Of a stretch of DNA of 32,000 nucleotides, positions 8,213-17,204 are shown piece after piece (within the stretch, counting starts at the first letter, position 1; each line of letters begins with the position of its first letter). The notes under the pieces are model-generated. The model was given only the letters and a program-made list of their open reading frames with translations. It did no database searches and was not told the origin of the DNA. The DNA comes from Verrucomicrobiota bacterium (GTDB lineage: Bacteria; Verrucomicrobiota; Verrucomicrobiia; Chthoniobacterales; UBA6821). Where the stretch lies: contig WBXG01000013.1 of NCBI GenBank assembly GCA_008932965.1, positions 1 to 32,000 of the forward strand, in the 5' to 3' direction. The position numbers and the translations under genes are program-made.

Positions 8213-8872
8213 TTATTGAGGTATTGAAAGTAACTTCTTTTGCTTCTGAGCTATCATTCTCTTTCTTACTCGGTTCCAAATTGGAAATTTTTCAAAGCGA
8301 CTATTTCGATGAACTTCTGCGTAAATGAAAAAAACTCCATTATGCTCATAAGATTCAATCTCTCCTAAAATACGATTATAAAAAGTAATGAGGTTTTCCA
8401 TTTTTAGATTATTTTTATTTTCTTTGATATTGAAATTCTTATCAATATTCCCTCCCACATAGTTGATGCCTTCGCACTCGTAACGAGTAAAAGCAAAAAA
8501 CTCTGTTATTCCAAATAGAGGTGATAGCATTTTTGGCCCCTCCTCCCTTTTCATAAAACAGACGGCTAAATCATGAGGAGTTGGCTGACGAAAAACAATA
8601 CGAAGTCCACTCATGGAGACTTGAGAAGCCAACCAGTCTGAGTCTGTATATTGAGGGTATAACGGATAATCCACTACAGTATAGCCATAGGCAACTAAAG
8701 CACGGGCCATAGGACTTTCGCCTGGATTTGAACGAAAGGCTTGTTCTTGAAAACGCTCATTTAATTCTTTTCCAATGGGACTTTTAGGTACCAGATTTTT
8801 TGCTGAAGAATAAATCTGAGGCTTCCGATTGGCACTGGCAGCAGTAGTGGAATTGTTAATATCAAGTTTCAT
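8213..8872 (-). CDS. Hypothetical protein (219 aa), candidate T3SS substrate or accessory protein
   Basis: ATG-initiated ORF 52 nt downstream of sctU on the same strand. The first ~50 aa are Ser/Thr/Asn/Lys-rich with only one acidic residue in the first 30 (MKLDINNSTTAASANRKPQIYSSAKNLVPKSP). The remainder looks globular. No family was recognised. Confidence 0.6.
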   Translation of the reverse strand: MKLDINNSTTAASANRKPQIYSSAKNLVPKSPIGKELNERFQEQAFRSNPGESPMARALVAYGYTVVDYPLYPQYTDSDWLASQVSMSGLRIVFRQPTPHDLAVCFMKREEGPKMLSPLFGITEFFAFTRYECEGINYVGGNIDKNFNIKENKNNLKMENLITFYNRILGEIESYEHNGVFFIYAEVHRNSRFEKFPIWNRVRKRMIAQKQKKLLSIPQ

Positions 8873-8924
8873 AATTTTTAAAAATAAATGAACCCGCCTA
8901 CAGGGTGAAGGAGGTGTGAAAAGT

Positions 8925-9989
8925 TCACTCTGCTACGCGTGGCGGCAGAGTTCTGACCCAACGTAAGATTTCAGTCACTGGCTCAAGAAGACTTTTGGGA
9001 ATGATATCATTGACCTCAAGTTCATTGTAGAGAGCTCGTGCTAAGGGAACATTCTCAACAATGGGAATATTCTCTTCGCGCGCTACAGAAATCATCCTTA
9101 ATGCAATAAAGCCACTTCCCTTTGCCCTTAAAACTGGCAGCGGGGTTTTGCCTCTTTCATAATAAATTGCAGCTGCATAGTGAGTCGGGTTGGTTACAAG
9201 CACTGTAGATTTACGGGTTGCTGTGGAGGTATCTTCAAAGATCATTTCGCGTTGCAGACGACGCCGATTCCCTTTGATTTGTGGATCTCCTTCCATATCG
9301 TGCATTTCACGTTTTGTCTCATCCTTAGTCATTCTGAGCTCTTTTAAGAGCAGTTTTTTTTGAATAATAAAATCAAAAAGAGCAATAACGACATAAATGG
9401 CCATGAAAGAGCCAATGAAATTTAACAACATAGGTTGAACAACATCTAAAGAATTCATCAGGGTTGCAAAAGGTAATGTTGCCAAAGGCCCTATTGATTT
9501 TGAAATAATAAAACAGAGAAGAATACCAAAAATGCTGAGCTTGATCGTTGACTTTACTAGCTCAAAGAGTGTTTTCATTGAAAAGATTTTTTTAAATCCA
9601 CTCATAGGACTTATCTTATTTATGTCAGGTTTGAGGGGGTCCAATGAAAATAGAAAACCAAATTGGCCTACATTAGCAATAATCACTGCGATTGCAGCAA
9701 CAATGCAGACTGGATACATGGAGGAGATGAGTTGAGGGATAGACAATTCTAACATATTCAACATTGAATTATTGTTAGGACTAGAAATTGCTAAAAAAAC
9801 AGCATCAAAGAATTTGATGAGTGATTTATAAATATCCCCAAGAGTTAAATAAATTGTTTCTAATACAAAAAAAGTACTAACAGTAGTGACAACATCTGTG
9901 CTTTTAGCAACTTGTCCCTTTTCTCTAGCGTCGCTGAGACGCTTCGACGTGGGCTCCTCTGACTTTTCTCCACTTGGTTGATCAGCCAT
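8925..9989 (-). CDS. sctU: T3SS autoprotease and substrate switch protein SctU (YscU/FlhB family)
   Basis: 354 aa with four N-terminal TM segments and an intact NPTH autocleavage motif (VLVTNPTHYAAAIYY). It overlaps sctT by 8 nt. Confidence 0.95.
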   Translation of the reverse strand: MADQPSGEKSEEPTSKRLSDAREKGQVAKSTDVVTTVSTFFVLETIYLTLGDIYKSLIKFFDAVFLAISSPNNNSMLNMLELSIPQLISSMYPVCIVAAIAVIIANVGQFGFLFSLDPLKPDINKISPMSGFKKIFSMKTLFELVKSTIKLSIFGILLCFIISKSIGPLATLPFATLMNSLDVVQPMLLNFIGSFMAIYVVIALFDFIIQKKLLLKELRMTKDETKREMHDMEGDPQIKGNRRRLQREMIFEDTSTATRKSTVLVTNPTHYAAAIYYERGKTPLPVLRAKGSGFIALRMISVAREENIPIVENVPLARALYNELEVNDIIPKSLLEPVTEILRWVRTLPPRVAE

Positions 9990-10764
9990 GGAAAAGCCCC
10001 TTTAAAAAAAGTGCGACTCCGGTAGTCGTGAATAGTTCATGCTGAAATCCCTCGATAAGGTAACGCATATAAAATGGTAAAAAAATAAAACAAAGTCCGC
10101 TTTTGATAGGAAGGGAGATAAAAAAAACATTTAGCTGCGAAACAAAACGATTCGCTAAGCCGAGCCCAAAATCCATAAAGAAAAAAATAATTAATAAAGG
10201 GGCCGAGTAAAGAATTCCAAGTTCAAAAACTTTTGTAAAAAAAGGAAATACTAATTTTTGCCAGCCAATGGAAAATGGAGGAAAGAGCTTATCAACCGGA
10301 TAGGCCTGATAGCTTGCAAACATAATCTCTAACAAGGAGAGAAAACTTCCTGTAGAAAAAAAGAAATAACTGACAATACGCAAAAAGAGTCCACCAATGG
10401 GGGATTCTTGAGCTCTTAACATTGGATTATAGATTCCCCCGGCAGTGGTGCCACGCTGAAGATCGATGAGCTCACCTGCAATTTCAATTCCCCAAAAAAT
10501 AACGGAAACAAAAAAAGAGATGATAATGCCTAAAAAAATTTCTTTAACTATAAGGATTGCTATTAAGAACAAATCTAATTTTTCAAGCGAAATCATAGGA
10601 GATGTCATGGGAACAACAATCCCTACTGTAATGATTAAAAAAACCTGTCTAGGCAGACCACTTGCAGAAAAAAAAGGAACAATGGTCAATACAGTCCCAA
10701 AGCGAACTGATCCAAGAGCTAACAACATGGGAGCTTGGATCATTAACTGAGTAATATCACTCAT
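9982..10764 (-). CDS. sctT: T3SS export apparatus protein SctT (YscT/FliR family)
   Basis: 260-aa polytopic membrane protein in the conserved position between sctS and sctU. Confidence 0.9.
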   Translation of the reverse strand: MSDITQLMIQAPMLLALGSVRFGTVLTIVPFFSASGLPRQVFLIITVGIVVPMTSPMISLEKLDLFLIAILIVKEIFLGIIISFFVSVIFWGIEIAGELIDLQRGTTAGGIYNPMLRAQESPIGGLFLRIVSYFFFSTGSFLSLLEIMFASYQAYPVDKLFPPFSIGWQKLVFPFFTKVFELGILYSAPLLIIFFFMDFGLGLANRFVSQLNVFFISLPIKSGLCFIFLPFYMRYLIEGFQHELFTTTGVALFLKGLFHG

Positions 10765-10807
10765 ATCAAGACCATTTTATGCAAGAATAGAATCCCATAA
10801 CGTTTAG

Positions 10808-11080
10808 TTAATAATTCAACATGGATGGAAAATCCCGAAAAGAAATTATTGCAAAGTTCAAAAGATCTCCAAAAACATAATTCATTGCGTAAACAATTAC
10901 TAAAAAAGTGGCTATAATTTTTATTGCAAAGGGAAGCGTCTGATCTTGAATTTGAGTGAGCGCTTGAAATAAAGCCACCAATAAACCTACTGCAGTAGCC
11001 ATAATAATAGGAGGAAGTGATGATGTTAGAACGAGTAACATCGCCTGAGAAACAAGATTTACAGAGACATCTTGATTCAT
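10808..11080 (-). CDS. sctS: T3SS export apparatus protein SctS (YscS/FliQ family)
   Basis: The ATG at 11080 (MNQDVSVNLVSQAMLLVL...) gives a ~90-aa two-TM protein typical of FliQ/SctS. The longer tracked ORF (to 11152) would overlap sctR by 64 nt and is probably an over-extension. Confidence 0.88.
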   Translation of the reverse strand: MNQDVSVNLVSQAMLLVLTSSLPPIIMATAVGLLVALFQALTQIQDQTLPFAIKIIATFLVIVYAMNYVFGDLLNFAIISFRDFPSMLNY

Positions 11081-11088
11081 AACATTCT

Positions 11089-11748
11089 TTAGGAAATTCG
11101 GTACGTCATAATTAATCCATCCATGAGACGTGTCCAGCCGTCGACAAAACAAAAAAGAAGCAACTTGAAAGGGAGTGAAATCGTTGTTGGTGACAGCATC
11201 ATCATTCCCAGTGCCATAAGAATATTCGAAATCACGAGATCGATAATAATAAATGGAAGATAAAGAATAAATCCTATCTGAAAAGCTGCGGTTAGTTCAG
11301 AAACAAGAAAAGAAGGAACTAAAATAATAAAATCTTTTTGTGAAACGGTACTTCCATATTTAGGGGGCCAGAGGCGTTTTGCGGTAACGACAAAGAACTT
11401 CTGAACACTCATTTTACTGTTATTACTTAAAAAAGTCTCTATTGGCTCCTTAATAGAATTCACCATCGGCCCGATACTCGCTAGGGTCACATTAGAAATG
11501 TTTAATTTTTCGCTCAAATAATAGGTGTCAGAAAGAACAGGAAACATAACGTAAATCGACAAAATAATCGCCATTCCATTAAGAACCATATTGGGTGGGC
11601 TAGATTGAAGGCCCAATGCTGTTCTCACTAAACTAAAAACAACAATTACTTTTGCAAACGAAGTAACCATCACAGCAAGAAATGGAATCATTGCAATTGC
11701 AACCAAAACCAAAATCATCTCCAGAGGATTTCCAATATTAAAATTCAT
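11089..11748 (-). CDS. sctR: T3SS export apparatus protein SctR (YscR/FliP family)
   Basis: 219 aa with the FliP-like segment SFAKVIVVFSLVRTALGLQSSPPNMVLNGMAIILSIYVMFPV. Its start overlaps the sctQ stop (ATGA). Confidence 0.95.
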   Translation of the reverse strand: MNFNIGNPLEMILVLVAIAMIPFLAVMVTSFAKVIVVFSLVRTALGLQSSPPNMVLNGMAIILSIYVMFPVLSDTYYLSEKLNISNVTLASIGPMVNSIKEPIETFLSNNSKMSVQKFFVVTAKRLWPPKYGSTVSQKDFIILVPSFLVSELTAAFQIGFILYLPFIIIDLVISNILMALGMMMLSPTTISLPFKLLLFCFVDGWTRLMDGLIMTYRIS

Positions 11749-12809
11749 TTTATGAGGTTAAGTTGAGTAATAAAAACCGCATGCTGTCCATGGAGTTCTA
11801 CTAATTCTCCAGCACCAATACATGCTCCATGAGCATAAATTTTCAATGGATTACTAACTGTCGTGGTATCTGGTATTTTTAATAATTTAGCACCATGGGT
11901 GATCTCATCCTTTGTTAAAAAAAGTCTACCGGCACTGAATGAGAGCTCTCTATTGACACGTTTTTCTAGCGAAGCAAGCTCGTCTTCTTGAACATTTTCT
12001 TTTTTTTCTAATTCTGGGGTCTCTTTTGGTATCAATGGAGAAATAACTATTTTTTCTAGGGGACGAATTAGGGAATTGAGTTTTTTTTCACCAAGTGAAA
12101 TCGGCAGGCGTTGATTATTACCAAAATGAAAAAAAACTTCCCCTGTTACCAATGCGGATGGTTCTTCAAAAAAAACAAGGTCCCCTAATGTAAGTTTATT
12201 AAATTGAAGCGGGGATACTTGTGTCGTACCAATAACAATTTCTCCCTGAAAAGGAAATTGATTAAGATCGGAACGTATTGCACGTGGGAGTGTTGCAGCC
12301 ATTGCAAGAAGCTTTTCAAGCAACACGCTGGGAAGTTTTATTGCACCATAGATTTCAACTAGGGAATCCTTATTTAGAACTTCAAAGCAGAGGTTTTGTT
12401 CTCCTTCTACGGCATCATCGCCGTCCTCTTTCTCTTCGGCTTTTCTTAATGAAACCGGTAACTGAAAAAAACTCTCTACGAGTTGAAGTATTTTTTGACT
12501 GCAAAAAGCTATTACTGCATCCAGGAAATCCTTGGGAATAGACTCCTTGCCACCAAATTGTGAAAGGCTTTTAGTAATGTTACTTTCTATTGTCGGTTTT
12601 AGTGCTATGTCGATGTGGTGATGATCTATCTCCAAGGGGAGGTGAAAGTCAAATGATTCATTACAATTCACTGCAGGAAAAACAAATCGGAGTCGTTGAG
12701 AAAAATCTTTTTTAGAAAGTGGAAAAAATCTTTTAGAAAAAATTAATTCTTCATAAACCGCCACATCACTTTGAGAAAATTCAAGAGGCCTATAGGGTAT
12801 CTTTATCAT
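11745..12809 (-). CDS. sctQ: T3SS cytoplasmic sorting platform protein SctQ (YscQ/FliM-N family)
   Basis: 354 aa with a C-terminal SpoA-like segment (NPLKIYAHGACIGAGELVELHGQHAVFITQLN). It lies between sctP and sctR. Its ATG overlaps the sctP 3' end by 20 nt. Confidence 0.85.
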   Translation of the reverse strand: MIKIPYRPLEFSQSDVAVYEELIFSKRFFPLSKKDFSQRLRFVFPAVNCNESFDFHLPLEIDHHHIDIALKPTIESNITKSLSQFGGKESIPKDFLDAVIAFCSQKILQLVESFFQLPVSLRKAEEKEDGDDAVEGEQNLCFEVLNKDSLVEIYGAIKLPSVLLEKLLAMAATLPRAIRSDLNQFPFQGEIVIGTTQVSPLQFNKLTLGDLVFFEEPSALVTGEVFFHFGNNQRLPISLGEKKLNSLIRPLEKIVISPLIPKETPELEKKENVQEDELASLEKRVNRELSFSAGRLFLTKDEITHGAKLLKIPDTTTVSNPLKIYAHGACIGAGELVELHGQHAVFITQLNLIK

Positions 12810-14100
12810 CGTTTAAGTGCCCTCTATTTTCTTGATTCAAGCTTGCAAAATCATTTTCAGCCTCTCTTTGATTACTAAATTCTGAAGATGATGATGAAGG
12901 TAGAAATTGAGTTTTTACCTCAACTGTTTGCCCAGAACAAAGAGTAGCAAGATGATTCTGAAGTGTAGCAATATTGGCATTGAGCAAATCATTACTTGCA
13001 AGACTTCTGGTAGAGAAAAAAACCTCCATTTGTTCTGTATTTGCATTAATATGAACAGTGGTTGCATCAAGAACGTCACTACGAAACTGGAATGAAATAT
13101 CTTGGCCATTAGAACTATTAAGGCGTGCTCGATCTACGGTAGATGTGAGTTCACTTAAGAAGGTGGATACATTACCAGTACGTATAGCACTTGCCAAAGA
13201 AGCAGGAATCTTTCCTCCAAGTGCATCTGACGAGCCTATGGATCCTTCATTTTTAAAATTAGAAATAGACTGATTTGCCAAAGAGGAAGTAGAAAATCCT
13301 GGGACCTCATCTAGGGAACTCAATTTATTCTCATTGAATTCTTTCATAGTTGTTGCACTCTCACCATCAGAAGCAGCATTCGTATCGAGGCCTTGCGAAA
13401 GACTGGGAACACTGGGAAGACTACTCACAACCTCATCAATAAGAGCATTGGTATCGGGGCCTTGCGAAAGACTGGGAAGACTACTCACAACCTCATCAAT
13501 AAGAGCATTGGTATCGGGGCCTTGCGAAAGACTGGGAAGACTACTCACAACCTCATCAATAAGAGCATTGGTATCGGGGCCTTGCGGAAGACTGCTTGTG
13601 CCATCGTCTTTAAAGGAAGCCGAGCTTAGAGAGGCCATTGCTGCTGATAAAAGAGTTGAAAGGTCTTCTTTATTTTCATCGAGTATTGAAACAGTTACAG
13701 TATTTATTCCCATGCCGGCTCCTTGAAGAGAAAAAGCCCGTTCTTTTTGAGGATGATCATCATCTCCATCATCACTTTTTACTTTGAGAAAATCGCTTTT
13801 TTCATCAACATCCTCGACATCATTTTGATGAGAAGAGGAGGAAGCTGCCAACTTTTTCTGATGAACAGCAGATGATGATTTTAATTGGGAAGTGTTAAAA
13901 TTGCTCTGATCTTTTTTCTCTGTGTTATCTTCTGCAATAGCCTTATTGTTATAACTTCTATTGCTTGAAGACTCCAAGGAGTTCTGAAGATTATAGAGAC
14001 TGTACGATTCCTCCACAGGCTTGGAAGAATGAATCGTAGCAGAGGAAACCTCTGATTTGGACTGGGTCTGATAAGCTTTTGTTGCTCGTATAGTACTCAT
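12790..14100 (-). CDS. sctP: T3SS needle-length ruler and substrate-specificity switch SctP (YscP-like)
   Basis: It occupies the position between sctO and sctQ. It is Ser-rich and low in complexity, with internal 20-aa tandem repeats. The C-terminal ~100 aa (ISFQFRSDVLDATTVHINANTEQMEVFFSTRS...LQNHLATLCSGQTVEVKTQF) fit the T3S4/FliK C-terminal pattern. The ATG at 14100 (MSTIRATKAYQ...) is preferred. The tracked ORF extends to a TTG at 14193. Confidence 0.75.
   Translation of the reverse strand: MSTIRATKAYQTQSKSEVSSATIHSSKPVEESYSLYNLQNSLESSSNRSYNNKAIAEDNTEKKDQSNFNTSQLKSSSAVHQKKLAASSSSHQNDVEDVDEKSDFLKVKSDDGDDDHPQKERAFSLQGAGMGINTVTVSILDENKEDLSTLLSAAMASLSSASFKDDGTSSLPQGPDTNALIDEVVSSLPSLSQGPDTNALIDEVVSSLPSLSQGPDTNALIDEVVSSLPSVPSLSQGLDTNAASDGESATTMKEFNENKLSSLDEVPGFSTSSLANQSISNFKNEGSIGSSDALGGKIPASLASAIRTGNVSTFLSELTSTVDRARLNSSNGQDISFQFRSDVLDATTVHINANTEQMEVFFSTRSLASNDLLNANIATLQNHLATLCSGQTVEVKTQFLPSSSSSEFSNQREAENDFASLNQENRGHLNDDKDTL
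13371..13593. repeat. In-frame 60-bp tandem repeat inside sctP, about 3.5-4 copies
   Basis: 13441-13500 and 13501-13560 are identical 60-mers. 13371-13440 is a variant carrying a 9-bp insertion, and 13561-13593 is a partial copy. The repeat encodes SSLPSLSQGPDTNALIDEVV. Confidence 0.95.
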
Positions 14101-14240
14101 GGTTTTAGAACTACTATCGCATTCCGTTAGTAGTAAGAGACACCACATTAAAAAGGTGCGAAATGAGAATGACAACACTCTTATTAACGTCAATGAGAAA
14201 ATGGGAACCGATCTATAATTATTGACGCATTATTTTCATT

Positions 14241-14424
14241 TTAACCCGGATGTTTCATACTGATCGTGACGAGGAGGCCGCGAAGGCTGATGGGGTAAGG
14301 CAGGCGAGCATTTTGATGCAGGTCTGTATGTGTCCCTACTGCCCAAATCAAAATGGGAGTCTAACGCAGCATCCATCTGACTTCCCGGCTTCCGTAGTAG
14401 ATCAGTATGAAATATCCGGGTTAA
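14241..14424. mobile_element. MITE-like element, subfamily B, full length (reference copy)
   Basis: TTAA+CCCGGATGTTTCATACTGATC ... GATCAGTATGAAATATCCGGG+TTAA. The internal halves are partly complementary (GAAGGCTGATGG with CCATCTGACTTCC; CATTTTGAT with ATCAAAATG). It lies between sctO and sctP. Confidence 0.9.
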
Positions 14425-14478
14425 GGTCATGATTTTTCATGAAAGAAATGATCAGCATTTTTTCTTTGCCCCCTATTT

Positions 14479-14976
14479 TTATTCACCTTTGTTTACCCCG
14501 CCCATTGCAAACATGGTAGCAGCTATTTCCTCTAGATCAGATTCCTCTTCATATTCATCACGTAACATTTCCTCTTTCATCCAAAAATCACGATGTTGAT
14601 CTATTTTCCAAACTGCTTTGTATGCCTCCTCTTGGGCTTGGAGACAGGCAGCTGTCTCTTCTTTTGCAGTTTCTAATTTTTTATGAGCTTCCTCAACTTG
14701 GACAACATAAGTCGATTGCTGAGATCGATTCCAACTGATTTGGTGAGTAATATCGGTAACTTTTTTAATAGGGTTAATCGTACCAAGAACTGCTTTAAAA
14801 AGACGATCTGCCTCATTGTTCATCCATGTTAAATAATCCTCAAGACTCTTCTGGGCTCGTTGCACCTCTTCTTCTAAACGTGCTTGATAGGAACGAGCCG
14901 AAGCAAGCTTGCGCTGCGCCTCATCCTCTTTACGCATTCGTAATAATCGAATAGACTCAAGCGGATAAGCCTTCAT
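14479..14976 (-). CDS. sctO: T3SS stalk protein SctO (YscO/FliJ-like coiled coil)
   Basis: 165 aa, highly charged, coiled-coil composition. Its start overlaps the sctN stop (ATGA), which is the canonical position. Confidence 0.75.
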   Translation of the reverse strand: MKAYPLESIRLLRMRKEDEAQRKLASARSYQARLEEEVQRAQKSLEDYLTWMNNEADRLFKAVLGTINPIKKVTDITHQISWNRSQQSTYVVQVEEAHKKLETAKEETAACLQAQEEAYKAVWKIDQHRDFWMKEEMLRDEYEEESDLEEIAATMFAMGGVNKGE

Positions 14977-16373
14977 CGAACAATAGTATCTAATTTTTTA
15001 ATAGTTTCTTCAAAAGTAGAGCGATCTCCCAGGCCTTGCCGCAAAAATGCATCCATGACTTCTTTTTTGGCAATAGCCTCGTCGGTGATAGGATCATTTC
15101 CCGCTTTGTATTCTCCAATTTTAAGCAGCAGCTCTGCCTCTTGATATTTGGAAAGAAGCTCACGGAATTTGCCAGCAGCACTTAAATGCTTGGGTTGAGA
15201 AACCTGCGTCATCACACGACTAATGGATGCCAAAACATCAATAGCAGGATAATGATTAGCTGCTGCAAGTTTGCGGGAGAGAATAATATGACCATCTAGG
15301 ATCGATCTCACCTCGTCTGCCACTGGCTCATTCATATCATCTCCCTCCACAAGGACCGTATAAAGGGCTGTAATAGAACCTACGATACCGGGACCAGCAC
15401 GTTCTAAAAGTTGAGGTAAAATAGAAAAAACAGAGGGAGGATAACCACGACGTGCTGGAGGTTCACCTGTAGCCAAGCCAATAACACGCTGAGCTCGAGC
15501 AAAACGGGTTACTGAATCCATCATCAAGAGAACCTTTTTTCCTTGGTCCCTAAAATATTCTGCTATCGCCGTTCCGACGTAAGCAGATTTGAGGCGCTCT
15601 AGCGCAGGCCGATCGGAAGTGGAAACAACCATCACGGTTTTTTTTCTATTTTCGGGAGTTAACGTCATCTCTAATGTTTCTCGTACTTCTCGACCCCGCT
15701 CACCGATAAGCACCATGACCACTACTTCTGCTTCAGTATTACTAATAATCTGAGATAAAAGTGTGGATTTACCACCTCCAGCAGCAGCAAAAATGCCAAC
15801 CCGTTGTCCTTGACCACAGGTTAACAATCCATCAATACTCCGAATTCCAAGTGATAATGGTTCTTTAATGAGTGAACGTTGGAGAGGATCAGGAGGATCA
15901 GCAGTAACGTTATAATAGGTTTCAGGAATAAATACTTCTTTAGAATTATCCATGATTCTTCCGAGACCGTCTACAACACGTCCCATTAAACCAGGACCAA
16001 CACCTACCTGAAGAACTTTACCAGAGGCAATCACTTCTGTGGTCAAGGAGAGGCCAGTGAAGTCACCCAAAGGCATAATCAAAGCACTATCACCTCTAAA
16101 GCCGAGCACCTCTGCATCGAGCGGTTCCTTGATTCCAGGTCTTCTTAGTTCACACAATTCACCTATTTTACTATCTGGTAAAATAGCTTTCACCAGCATT
16201 CCAACAACTTCTGTAATTTGACCTCGTAGGGGTTTAGGCTCGGTAACCAGGGCTATAGATTGGAGCTTCGTTAAGAAATCTTCTCCCATTGCATGATAAC
16301 AGGGAACCACCACCGAGGAAGTTTCCTCCGAAGTGTGAGCATTTGCTGAGGTAGTCGATGTTTGTTCCATCAT
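14973..16373 (-). CDS. sctN: T3SS ATPase SctN (YscN family)
   Basis: 466 aa. Walker A is [14 protein letters not shown] and Walker B is [13 protein letters not shown]. The segments [14 protein letters not shown] and [24 protein letters not shown] match YscN as recalled. Confidence 0.97.
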   Translation of the reverse strand: MMEQTSTTSANAHTSEETSSVVVPCYHAMGEDFLTKLQSIALVTEPKPLRGQITEVVGMLVKAILPDSKIGELCELRRPGIKEPLDAEVLGFRGDSALIMPLGDFTGLSLTTEVIASGKVLQVGVGPGLMGRVVDGLGRIMDNSKEVFIPETYYNVTADPPDPLQRSLIKEPLSLGIRSIDGLLTCGQGQRVGIFAAAGGGKSTLLSQIISNTEAEVVVMVLIGERGREVRETLEMTLTPENRKKTVMVVSTSDRPALERLKSAYVGTAIAEYFRDQGKKVLLMMDSVTRFARAQRVIGLATGEPPARRGYPPSVFSILPQLLERAGPGIVGSITALYTVLVEGDDMNEPVADEVRSILDGHIILSRKLAAANHYPAIDVLASISRVMTQVSQPKHLSAAGKFRELLSKYQEAELLLKIGEYKAGNDPITDEAIAKKEVMDAFLRQGLGDRSTFEETIKKLDTIVR

Positions 16374-16426
16374 GAGTGGTTTTTATAAGAGCTCATTGTG
16401 ACAATCACTCCTTTTTTCAAAAATAT

Positions 16427-17089
16427 TTATACTGATTCTGCTGAGGCTTTCAAAAGGGATGACTCAAGAATGGCCAGCTGACTTTCAAGAGAAGCATCTA
16501 CTAAACCTAAAGGAGATTCTAATACGCACGAATTAGGAGCTAATTCTTCACGTGCCCTCACTTCTATTTTAGAGCCTTCAGGCATCAGCTGTTGCAACTT
16601 TGGCATGACTGCATCAACGGCCTCTCGATCTTGAGGATGAATTTGAAGCACGATCCGTGGCTGCTGTTTTACTTCATCAAGTGCCTTACCAATCAATTGA
16701 TAAAATCGATCCTCAGGAGGTAGATCAAGGATGAAGTGCCGCATACAACTAATAACAACACCCACCAATTGATTTCGTGATCGCTCGAAATAATCTAGTG
16801 AAGCTAAGACTGTTTTAATATTATGTGCTGCTGCTGCTGCTCTCCCTTCACTCAGGCCCGTCTCGTAGCCTAATTTTTTTTGGTTTTCAAATTCCTTCTT
16901 TGCATTTTCCTCCATCACCACAACACGAGCTCTTCCTTTCTCCACTAGGTCACTAGCTTGCAAACAAATGGCTAATTCTTGTTGAGTCAGCACTGGACCT
17001 CGTAGAAGGTAACTTGGTAAATCTTTATCCCATTGTAGTAATGAGGAAGCGATTGGAGAGGGTGCAGTCTCTATATTCATGAATTTCAA
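16427..17089 (-). CDS. sctL: T3SS stator protein SctL (YscL/FliH family)
   Basis: ~217-220 aa, directly upstream of sctN. It has a charged helical N-terminal part and a FliH-like C-terminal part. The start is ambiguous: TTG at 17089 or ATG at 17080. Confidence 0.75.
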   Translation of the reverse strand: MKFMNIETAPSPIASSLLQWDKDLPSYLLRGPVLTQQELAICLQASDLVEKGRARVVVMEENAKKEFENQKKLGYETGLSEGRAAAAAHNIKTVLASLDYFERSRNQLVGVVISCMRHFILDLPPEDRFYQLIGKALDEVKQQPRIVLQIHPQDREAVDAVMPKLQQLMPEGSKIEVRAREELAPNSCVLESPLGLVDASLESQLAILESSLLKASAESV

Positions 17090-17204
17090 TGATGATGAGT
17101 CTATTCAACCTTGTGTGTTGTTGAATACTTAAAGTGGAAGAGGAATCGACTGGCACATGAAAAAGTGATTTCATGGTGCAGCATCCATAGATACTCGAGT
17201 GAAT

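Noticed and set aside
8907-8916. Strong Shine-Dalgarno-like GAAGGAGGTG on the plus strand between orf219 and sctU
   Set aside because: It is followed only by a very short frame that runs antisense into the sctU 3' end. There is no plausible plus-strand gene.
10466-10750. Plus-strand 94-aa ORF, and the other 60-90-aa ORFs antisense to sctV, sctN, sctW, xfp and the synthase
   Set aside because: Each is embedded antisense or out of frame in a long, motif-supported gene. None has independent start or RBS support.
13085-13100. Isolated ATGAAATATC and GGATATTTC strings inside sctP (about 13090) and cydB (about 26835)
   Set aside because: These are 9-10-nt matches to the terminal repeat core with no flanking element sequence. 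They are most likely chance occurrences in AT-rich coding DNA.
13371-13593. Possible CRISPR array, given the regularly spaced identical repeats
   Set aside because: The units are directly abutting 60-mers with no spacers, and they sit in frame within a coding gene. The dispersed 180-bp elements are also far too long and too irregularly spaced to be CRISPR repeats, and there are no cas genes.
13334-13726. Plus-strand ORFs of 130 aa and 78 aa with striking internal peptide repeats
   Set aside because: They are the antisense reading of the 60-bp tandem repeat inside sctP. The minus-strand frame is continuous with a 436-467-aa protein in the correct syntenic slot.
14236-14432. Overlapping ORFs 14236-14430 (minus) and 14250-14432 (plus), and the similar ORF 26811-27134 (minus)
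   Set aside because: All are translations of the palindromic element; the same LTRIFHTD and ILMQ.CM peptides recur wherever a copy occurs. They overlap each other antisense and have no independent coding support.
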